The notes below the pieces were generated by a model. That model worked only from the letters and a program-made list of their open reading frames with translations. It searched no databases and had not been told where the DNA came from. Below are positions 23,887-31,249 of a stretch of DNA of 32,000 nt, piece after piece. The stretch spans positions 78,836 to 110,835 of the forward strand of contig NZ_LNTB01000002.1 of assembly GCF_001462395.1 (NCBI RefSeq). The letters run 5' to 3'. The first letter of the stretch is position 1. Each line of letters starts with the position of its first letter. The stretch is from Pyrodictium occultum. GTDB taxonomy: Archaea; Thermoproteota; Thermoprotei_A; Sulfolobales; Pyrodictiaceae. The position numbers were made by a program, and so were the translations under genes.

Positions 23887-25065
23887 TTGGCGGGGTGGTG
23901 TGGTGTGGTCTCGCGTCCTCATGGGGGTAGGCTTGTGGACAGGGTTGCCCGGGGTGGGTCGAGGGAGAGGCTGCTGCGGGAGGCTCTGGAGATGCCCAGG
24001 CTGGAGGTTGGCGGGGGCTTGGCTGCGGATGCCGCTAATATCGCGCATGGGGTTTATAGCCCGTTGGATGGCTTCATGGTGCAGGAGGATTACCTCTCGG
24101 TGCTGCATGATATGAGGCTTAGCAGTGATGTGCCGTGGACTATCCCGATTGTGCTTGATGCTTCTCCGGGCGAGCTGGCGGGGGTTAGGGAGGGTGATGA
24201 GGTTGCCCTCTTCTACCGTGGTGAGCCGCTGGCGGTGCTCCGGGTTGAGGAGATCTATGGCTGGGACCGGAGGGAGCATGCCCTCAACGTGTTTAAGACC
24301 ACTGACCCGGGGCACCCGGGCGTTGCCAGGCTTATGAGGAGGAAGGAGCTGTTCGTGGGCGGGCCTATCCTCCTCCTCCGGGACCCGCCGGAGCCTTTTG
24401 AGAGGGTGAGGCTCTGGCCCCGGGAGACGCGTGTGCTCTTCGAGGCCAAGGGCTGGAGGACTATAGCGGCTTTCCAGACGCGCAACGTGCCCCATCTAGG
24501 CCACGAGCATGTGCAGAAGGCCGCGCTCACCTTCGCCGACGGGCTGTTTGTGAGCCCTCTGGTGGGCTGGAAGAAGCCCGGCGACTACAGGGACGAGGTG
24601 ATAGTTGAGGCCTACAGGGTGTTGCTGGAGAACTACTTCCCCAGGGAGAGTGTTGTATTCAGCGTGCTCAGGATGGAGATGAGGTACGCGGGGCCGCGGG
24701 AGGCGGTGCACCACGCGATAGTGAGGAAGAACTTCGGCGCAACCCACTTCATAGTGGGGAGGGACCACGCGGGGGTCGGGAGCTACTACGGCCCCTACGA
24801 GGCATGGGAGCTGTTCAGGGAGTTCCCGGACCTAGGGATAACCCCCCTCTTCGTCAGGGAGGCGTTCTACTGCAGAAAGTGCGGCCAGGTGGTCAACGAG
24901 AAGATATGCCCCCACGGCGAGGAGTACAGGGTGAGGATCAGCGGCACCAGGCTGCGGGAGATGCTCCGGAGGGGCGAGAGGCCGCCGGAGTACATGATGA
25001 GGCCGGAGGTGGCGGAGGTGGTCCTAAGGCACCCGGACCCCTTCGTGCCCGGGGACGAGAGGTGA
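23887..25065 (+). CDS. sat: Sulfate adenylyltransferase (ATP sulfurylase)
   Basis: Carries RPHGGRLVDR, FQTRNVPHLGHEHV, VGRDHAGVG and a C-terminal Cys/His cluster CRKCGQVVNEKICPHG. The start is TTG 23887 or GTG 23905. Confidence 0.9.
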   Translation: MAGWCGVVSRPHGGRLVDRVARGGSRERLLREALEMPRLEVGGGLAADAANIAHGVYSPLDGFMVQEDYLSVLHDMRLSSDVPWTIPIVLDASPGELAGVREGDEVALFYRGEPLAVLRVEEIYGWDRREHALNVFKTTDPGHPGVARLMRRKELFVGGPILLLRDPPEPFERVRLWPRETRVLFEAKGWRTIAAFQTRNVPHLGHEHVQKAALTFADGLFVSPLVGWKKPGDYRDEVIVEAYRVLLENYFPRESVVFSVLRMEMRYAGPREAVHHAIVRKNFGATHFIVGRDHAGVGSYYGPYEAWELFREFPDLGITPLFVREAFYCRKCGQVVNEKICPHGEEYRVRISGTRLREMLRRGERPPEYMMRPEVAEVVLRHPDPFVPGDER

Positions 25066-26441
25066 GGGATGCGGGAGGGGTGCCGCGCCGCCTATTCCTC
25101 CTGGGGCTCGACTCGATGCCCCCGAGGGTCCTCTACGAGGGGATGGACGGGGGCGGGTTCAGCTACCTCCGCCAGCTGCTGGGGGATGCGAGGCGCTACC
25201 GGCTGAGGAGCTGCCACCCGCCGATAACGGTGCCGGCCTGGATGGCCATGTTCACGGGGAGGACGCCGGGCGAGCTGGGGGTCTACGGGTTCAGGCACCG
25301 GAGGCCGGGCGAGTACGGCTACTACATAGTCGACGGCACGAGGATACGACACCCGGCCCTATGGGACCTGGCGGGCCGCAGGGGGCTCCGGGCGGGCGTG
25401 TACGGCGTGCCCCCCACCTACCCGCCCCGCCCGGTCCACGGGTTCCTGGTCACCGACTTCACCACCCCGGGGCCGGAGAAGCCCTACACCTTCCCGCCCT
25501 GGCTCCGCCGCGAGCTGGAGCAGGCCGCCGGGGGGCCTCCAGTGTTCGACATAGTGTACCGGAGCGGCGAGAAGGACAGGGTGGCCAGGGACCTCTACGC
25601 GATGCTGGAGAGCCACCAGCGGCAGGTGGAGTACCTGGCGCTGAGGAAGCGCTGGGACCTATTCATATATGTGGAGATAGCCGTCGACAGGGCGCACCAC
25701 GCCTTCTGGAGGTACTTCGACCCCGAGCACCCCCGGCACGAGGAGCACCCGGTGTACAGCAGGGTGATCCCCGAGCTCTACAGGAGGATAGACAGGTGGT
25801 TCGAGAGGCTCCACCGGAGGCTCCCGCGGGACACGGTGGTGGTTGTGGCGAGCGACCACGGCATCAAGGCTATGAGGGGCGCGTTCGCGGTCAACCAGTG
25901 GCTGGCCGAGCAGGGCTACCTCCGGCTGCGCGCCAGCCCCGGGGAGCTGAAGCCCGGCACGGAGCTCTCCGAGGACCTGGTGGACTGGGAGCACACGGTC
26001 GCCTGGGCCTGGGGAGGCTACTACAGCCGCGTGTTCATCAACCTACGGGGCAGGGAGAAGAGGGGCGCGGTGGAGCCCAAGTACTACGAGGAGACGGTCG
26101 AGCAGCTCCGGAGGGACCTCGAGAGGATAAGGGGGCCGGGCGGCGAGCACTGGAGGAACACTGCCCTGCGCCCCGAGGAGGTCTACCCGGAGGTCAACGG
26201 GGACCCGCCGGACCTCATGCTCTACCTGGACGACCTCAACTGGAGGCCGGCGGGCACCCTGGGCTGGCCCAGCCCCTACCTGGAGGAGAACGACCGCGGC
26301 CCCGACGACGCCGTCCACGACTGGATCGGGGTGTTCGCTGTCTACGACCCCGAGGGCACTGTGAGCCCCGGCGAGGCGGGGGTGATTGATATACACGGGG
26401 TGCGCGGCCTGCTGGAAGAGATAATATTCTCCAGGCGGTGA
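25062..26441 (+). CDS. Alkaline-phosphatase-superfamily enzyme, type I phosphodiesterase/nucleotide pyrophosphatase (NPP)-like
   Basis: Carries LLGLDSMPP (metal Asp), HPPITVPAWMAMFTGRTPGELGVYG (Thr nucleophile motif), VVVASDHG and a late His motif. GTG 25062 overlaps the sat TGA (GTGA); GTG 25080 is the alternative start. The ORF-track start at 24804 is a spurious extension into sat. Confidence 0.7.
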   Translation: MRDAGGVPRRLFLLGLDSMPPRVLYEGMDGGGFSYLRQLLGDARRYRLRSCHPPITVPAWMAMFTGRTPGELGVYGFRHRRPGEYGYYIVDGTRIRHPALWDLAGRRGLRAGVYGVPPTYPPRPVHGFLVTDFTTPGPEKPYTFPPWLRRELEQAAGGPPVFDIVYRSGEKDRVARDLYAMLESHQRQVEYLALRKRWDLFIYVEIAVDRAHHAFWRYFDPEHPRHEEHPVYSRVIPELYRRIDRWFERLHRRLPRDTVVVVASDHGIKAMRGAFAVNQWLAEQGYLRLRASPGELKPGTELSEDLVDWEHTVAWAWGGYYSRVFINLRGREKRGAVEPKYYEETVEQLRRDLERIRGPGGEHWRNTALRPEEVYPEVNGDPPDLMLYLDDLNWRPAGTLGWPSPYLEENDRGPDDAVHDWIGVFAVYDPEGTVSPGEAGVIDIHGVRGLLEEIIFSRR

Positions 26442-26463
26442 GGCCCCCGGAGGGGTGGAGAGC

Positions 26464-26672
26464 ATGGGGGACAAGGTCTCCATAGAGATAAGCAGGGAGC
26501 TGTACGAGAAGGCCCGGAGGTTCATAGAGGAGCAGGGGGCTTCAGCAGCGTGGAGGAGCTGGTGGAGTTCCTGCTCCGCGAGGCCCTCGAGACCGGCGGG
26601 GAGGAGGAGGGGATGAGCAGGGAGGACGAGGAGCGGGTCAGGGAGAGGCTCCGCTCCCTGGGCTACCTCTAG
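26464..26672 (+). pseudogene. Second RHH (CopG-like) paralog, frameshifted at a G5 run (26535..26539); not in the ORF track
   Basis: ATG 26464 gives MGDKVSIEISRELYEKARRFIEEQG, then an out-of-frame stop at 26614..26616. One extra G gives ...EEQGGFSSVEELVEFLLREALETGGEEEGMSREDEERVRERLRSLGYL* ending at TAG 26670..26672, colinear with the 23633 paralog. GGAGGGGTGGAG lies upstream of the ATG. Confidence 0.55.
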
Positions 26673-27291
26673 CCCCCTCTCCCAGGGCCTCCAGTATCCT
26701 CGCGGCCAGCCTCTCCGCGTTCTCCTCCACAGTATTCCTCACCGTGTCGAGCACCAGGTCGGGGTTCTCGGGGGGCTCGTAGGGGTCGCTCACGCCGGTG
26801 AAGTGGCTTATCTCCCCGCGGAGGGCGCGGCGGTAGAGCCCCTTAGGGTCCCTCCTGATGCACTCCTCGAGGGGAGCGTGGACGTAGACCTCGAGGAAGG
26901 GGGCCTCCTCCTCGACTATCCTGCGGACCTCCCTCCTCACGTCGCGGTAGGGGGAGACGAAGCTGCAGACCACTATCACCCCATTCCGGGCCAGGAGCCG
27001 GGCTATCCAGGCGACGCGGAGGAGGTGGCGCCGCCTCTCCTCCCGCGTGTAGCCCGCGTCCGGGTTGATGGTCTTCCTCACCCAGTCCCCGTCCAGGACC
27101 TCGACACGGTAGCCCAGGGAGCGTAGCCTCTTAGCGGTAGCCAGGGCTATCGTGGTCTTGCCGCTCGCGGGGAGCCCGGTGAGCCACGCGACAACCCCGC
27201 GCTCCAGGCAGCGCATCCCCAGCCACCCTCCCAGCCCCGCGGGCCCCACGAGCTGGATAAGCCTCGCGCCCACAGCAAGGAGCCAGGCCAC
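26638..27291 (-). CDS. cysC: Adenylylsulfate (APS) kinase
   Basis: Carries VVAWLTGLPASGKTTIA (P-loop), LDGDWVRKTI and CSFVSPY. The likely true start is the internal ATG at 27216 (MRCLERGVVAWLTG). Confidence 0.9.
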   Translation of the reverse strand: MAWLLAVGARLIQLVGPAGLGGWLGMRCLERGVVAWLTGLPASGKTTIALATAKRLRSLGYRVEVLDGDWVRKTINPDAGYTREERRRHLLRVAWIARLLARNGVIVVCSFVSPYRDVRREVRRIVEEEAPFLEVYVHAPLEECIRRDPKGLYRRALRGEISHFTGVSDPYEPPENPDLVLDTVRNTVEENAERLAARILEALGEGARGSPGSGASP

Positions 27292-27447
27292 AATAAGCCG
27301 GAGAGGTGATGGGGGGCAGCAGGGAGAGCTGGCATCCAGCCTCCGGCTCCGCCCCTCGGCGCAGGCCTTGGCGCCGCTCGCCCACCGGGCGCTCGGGTGG
27401 GGGCTTCTCCGCTCTTGCTGGCCGAGATGGGCTCCAAGCCATTATAG

Positions 27448-28464
27448 ATGGCGTGGGTGATGTATAGCCCTGCATCCCCGGGGGGCTGTGGGTGTGGCCT
27501 GGGCTTGGCCGTGCTAGTCACGGGCGGCGCTGGGTTCGTCGGGAGGCATGTAGTGGGGCTGCTGCTCGAGAGGGGCTACGAGGCTGTTGTGGTGGACAAC
27601 CTCTACTCCCCGGGCTCGGCTGGGGCCGCCATGCGCCTCCGCTGGCTGGGTGCGCGGGTTGTCTGGGGTGACGTCTCCCGCTGGGAGACCCTGCTCCACG
27701 CCGTGGGGGAGGCTGGGCTGGGGCGGGGCGACGTCGAGGCCGTGGTCCACCTGGCCGCGGTGGTGGGCGTCGAGGAGGCATGGGGGAGGCCGCGGCTGGC
27801 GCTGGAGGTGAACGTAGAGGGTACGCTGAACGTGCTGGAGCTGGCCCGGCTCCTCGACGCGGAGAGGATTGTCTACGCCAGCAGCGCGGCGGTCTACGGG
27901 GAGCCCAGGTACCTCCCCATCGACGAGAACCATCCCCTGGAGCCGGTCAGCCTCTACGGCTGGTCGAAGCTCGCCGGGGAGACCCTGCTCTGGCAGTACC
28001 AGCGGGCCTACGGGCTCAGGCCGGCCGCGCTCCGCCTGTTCAACGTCTACGGGCCCGGGATGAGGCCGGGCCCCTACGCGGGCGTGGTGTACAGGTTCAT
28101 AGAGGCGCTTCTCCGCGGGGAGCCGCCGGTGGTCTACGGCGACGGCGAGCAGACCCGGGACCTCGTCTACGTGGGGGACGTGGCTGAGGCCATGCTCCGG
28201 GCGGTAGAGGCGGGCTACACGGGCCCAGCCAACATAGGCACCGGGAGGGAGACCAGCATAAACCAGCTCTACAGGATGCTCTGCAGCCTCCTGGGCGGGG
28301 GCTGCCCGGAGCCGCTCCACAAGCCCCCGAGGCCGGGGGATGTTAGGAGGAGCGTAGCCTCAATCAGGCTGGCGGAGGAGAAGCTCGGCTGGAAGCCCAG
28401 GACAGGCCTGGAGCAAGGCCTAAGGGAGACGATCAAGTACTATAGGGGGCGCGTAGAGCCGTAG
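27448..28464 (+). CDS. NAD-dependent nucleotide-sugar epimerase/dehydratase (extended SDR, GalE-like)
   Basis: Carries VLVTGGAGFVGRHVV, ASSAAVYGEP and LYGWSKLAGE (YxxxK). The likely start is TTG 27505 or GTG 27511, just before the Rossmann motif. Confidence 0.8.
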   Translation: MAWVMYSPASPGGCGCGLGLAVLVTGGAGFVGRHVVGLLLERGYEAVVVDNLYSPGSAGAAMRLRWLGARVVWGDVSRWETLLHAVGEAGLGRGDVEAVVHLAAVVGVEEAWGRPRLALEVNVEGTLNVLELARLLDAERIVYASSAAVYGEPRYLPIDENHPLEPVSLYGWSKLAGETLLWQYQRAYGLRPAALRLFNVYGPGMRPGPYAGVVYRFIEALLRGEPPVVYGDGEQTRDLVYVGDVAEAMLRAVEAGYTGPANIGTGRETSINQLYRMLCSLLGGGCPEPLHKPPRPGDVRRSVASIRLAEEKLGWKPRTGLEQGLRETIKYYRGRVEP

Positions 28465-28609
28465 ACAGGGCAGACGCCGGGTCGAACGAGAGTAGCCCAG
28501 CGCCGCCGGCCACCTCGAAGGACACGTGAACGTGGAGCACCCTGGCCGCCACGGTGCCTGCACCCCTGCCCGCGGGGGCCAGCCCTCACGGCTCCCCGCA
28601 GGGCCCCTC

Positions 28610-30098
28610 CTATGGCTTCAGGAGCTGTAGCCTCCGTAGCCTCCTGAATAGGCTTGTGTAGTTGGCCTTTCCGGCCGCGTTGAGCCCTGTGGCGAAGGCG
28701 TCTGCCAGAGGCCTGCCATCCGTGTCGTGGGGTAGTGGGAGCCCGAGGTACGCTAGTATGGTGGGTGTGATGTCGTAGATGGAGGCTCTCCTCTCCTCGC
28801 CGGCGGGCGGGGCGGATACCTCATCCCCCGCCAGGGCTACTAGCGCGTGCTGCTCGTGGACGCCCATATACCCCTTGTGGAGCGGCTCTGCATGTATGTT
28901 CGCGTCGAAGAACACGTCGGGCCCCGGTATGAGGAGTAGGCTGGGCGCCCTCTCCACGTAGGGCCCCCAGAAGACCTCGTCCCGCGAGGCTATGCCCCGT
29001 ATCTGGCTGATGCCCTGCAGTGCCTGGCGCACGGCGCCGCAGTAGCCCCTCCTCACGTACACCCCCAGGTTGCCCGTCTCGAGCATGAAGGCCCTGCTTG
29101 TGGAGTAGTTCACCTCCACCTGTAGAGGGATCAGTGGCCTTATCCTCTTCAGGAGGCTTCTCGGTATAAGCCTCCTCGCCAGCCGGAGGAGGGGGCGTAT
29201 TCTGGAGCCCCGGGCGCTGCTGGGGGAGCTGCCGCTGCCCGGCTCCGTGGCGCTGTGCTCTGCCCCCCCGGGCCACGTGGTACCGGTAGTCTATCAGGCC
29301 CCTGTCTGCGAGGATGCTGTTTACACCCACGAGCACGCGTGCGACGCGGAAGCCGTGATCGCTCGCGAGTATAAGCAGGCTGCACTCGCCGCTAGCTTTA
29401 CGGACAAACCTGTCTATCATCGATGCGATCCTGTAGACTCTATGCATTTGCCTGCCCTCGACTATGTCCGGGATCCTGTGCATGAGCCAGTCGAGCTCGC
29501 TGAACACTATGACGAAGAGGCTGTAGTCCTCCTTCTCGAGCAGGTCATAGTAGATGTTTAGCCTCTTCTCGAGAAACTCCTCAACCATCTTCACATAGGA
29601 GTCTGTGTCGGCGGCCCTGCTCCACTGGTGGGGAGGCTCGACCAGGTACTCGGAGTACCTGGCCTCATAGCCTCTAGGGTGGATGAACTGCCGGGGGGAG
29701 GACCAGTCGCTGACGAGTACAAGGTTCCGGGCCGCGAGGAGCTGGGATACGGGGTAGGTTAGGGGCACGTTTATGACGACGCTCCTAAGCCCCTTCATGG
29801 CGGCTATCTCGAACACGCGCGGGTACATGACGTCGCGGGACGATGCCACGCGGATACTGAAGCCCTCTTCGCCCTGCTCGACCACGTAGAAGCCGAATAT
29901 GCCGTGCTTCCCGGGGTTCACCCCGGTGAATATGCTCGTCCAGGCGGGGGGCGTGTAGGGAGGGATCGAGGGAGCGGGGGAGGCGAAGCCCTTGCCGGCT
30001 ATGCTGGATAGCGCGTTGAGCGGGATACTCTCCAGCATGGTCTTAAGGTTGCCTGGCCCGACGCCGTCGAGGCCTATTAGGCATACACGTTTAGCCAA
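28610..30098 (-). pseudogene. Second NPP-like alkaline-phosphatase-superfamily paralog, frameshifted at a G7 run on the coding strand (C7 at 29263..29269)
   Basis: The N-part (TTG 30098) has LIGLDGVGP, IPPYTPPAWTSIFTGVNPGKHGIFG and LLILASDHG up to ...IDYRYHVARGG. The C-part frame is open from just upstream of the run: AEHSATEPGSGSSPSSARGSRIRPLLRLARRLIPRSLLKRIRPLIPLQVEVNYSTSRAFMLE...GVHEQHA...DITPTILAYLGLPLPHDTDGRPL. Removing one G joins them. Past the run, the ORF-track 425-aa product is Arg/Gly/Pro-rich junk. Confidence 0.65.
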
Positions 30099-30250
30099 CT
30101 ACACCACCTTACTGCTGGTACCGCAGCCCTCTCCGGCATTGGCTTCCAGAGGGGCGGCGGGATCGCCCAGTCCTTAAATCTGCTTCATCAAGCCCCGCCG
30201 CCGGGGGATAGCGGCTGAGGGCTCCATAGCCCCGGGGGGATGCGGCTGGG

Positions 30251-31249
30251 ATGAAGCGGCTGGTGTTCGTCGCCTGGGCGCGGCTTAGCCGGAGGACGCG
30301 CGACCTCGCCCGGGCCCTTGGGGCCGGGCTGCTGTTCCTCCGGGATAGGCCCCCCTACATCCGCGCCTGGAGGGAGACCGCCAGGGCGCTGGAGGAGGCC
30401 AGGCCGGACGCCGTGGTCGTGCAGCTGCCGCAGGGGCCGCTGCTCCTCCGCGTGGCCACGCTGGCCGGGCGCCTCGGCTTCCGGGTCGTGGCCGACGTGC
30501 ACACCGGGTTCCTCGTCTACAGCTCGCCGGCGGGGCTCCTGCTCAACCGGCCCTTCCGCGGGCTCCTCCGCCGCGCCGACCTGGTGCTGGCCCACAACGA
30601 GCCCGAGGCGAGGCTGCTGGGGAGGGCCGGGCTGCCGGGGGAGAGGGTGCTGGTGGTCTACGACCCCCTGCCCCGGCCCCCGGCTAGGCTGGAGAGGCCA
30701 GCCCTAGACCTCGGCGACGGGGGGTACATCCTCGTCCCGGCCTCCTGGGCGCCCGACGAGCCCCTGGAGCTCGTGGCCAGGGGCTTCCTCGCATCAGGGG
30801 CCCCCGGGGGCTACAGGCTCGTGGTGACCGGGGATCCGGGGAGGAGGCCGGGGCTCCACCGGAGGCTGAGGAGGCTGGCCCGGGAGAGCCGGGGCTCCAT
30901 AGTGCTCACCGGCTTCCTCCCCGAGCCCCAGTACGCCTGGCTCCTCAGCCACGCCGCCGCCGTGGTGGCGGCTACGACGAGGGAGTACACGATGCTCTCG
31001 GCGGCCTGGGAGGCGGTGGCCTACCGGAAGCCCCTCCTAGCATCCGCGACGGGGACGCTGAGGGAGGTGCTGGGGCCGGGCTACCCCTGCCTCTTCCCCC
31101 CGACCGTGGAGGGGGTGGCGGAGGCCATCGACAGGTGCCTCTCCGGGGGCCCCGGGGTCGCGGAGGCAGTCGAGGAGACCCTGGAGAGGCTGAGAAGGAT
31201 GTCGACGGGGAGCCTGGAGAGGCTGGCCAGGATCCTCGAGAGGCTCTAG
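30251..31249 (+). CDS. Divergent GT-B-fold glycosyltransferase (GT4-like)
   Basis: 332 aa. Shows a two-Rossmann-like layout: ADLVLAHNEPEARLL, YILVPASWAPDEP, LVVTGDPG, VLTGFLPEPQYAWLL and EYTMLSAAWEAVAYRKPLLAS. Weak motif support. Confidence 0.5.
   Translation: MKRLVFVAWARLSRRTRDLARALGAGLLFLRDRPPYIRAWRETARALEEARPDAVVVQLPQGPLLLRVATLAGRLGFRVVADVHTGFLVYSSPAGLLLNRPFRGLLRRADLVLAHNEPEARLLGRAGLPGERVLVVYDPLPRPPARLERPALDLGDGGYILVPASWAPDEPLELVARGFLASGAPGGYRLVVTGDPGRRPGLHRRLRRLARESRGSIVLTGFLPEPQYAWLLSHAAAVVAATTREYTMLSAAWEAVAYRKPLLASATGTLREVLGPGYPCLFPPTVEGVAEAIDRCLSGGPGVAEAVEETLERLRRMSTGSLERLARILERL

Noticed and set aside
23887-27291. Interpreting sat and cysC as ordinary assimilatory sulfate-reduction genes.
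   Set aside because: No APS/PAPS reductase or sulfite reductase is in the window, and the neighbours are glycan enzymes plus a sulfotransferase. Reductases could still lie elsewhere in the genome, so this is stated as a test in the corresponding finding rather than fully excluded.
31246-31249. Convergent genes 30251..31249 (+) and 31246..32000 (-) share the palindrome CTAG, which provides both stop codons.
   Set aside because: It is real in the sequence, but it is a trivial consequence of tight convergent packing. No functional implication is evident.
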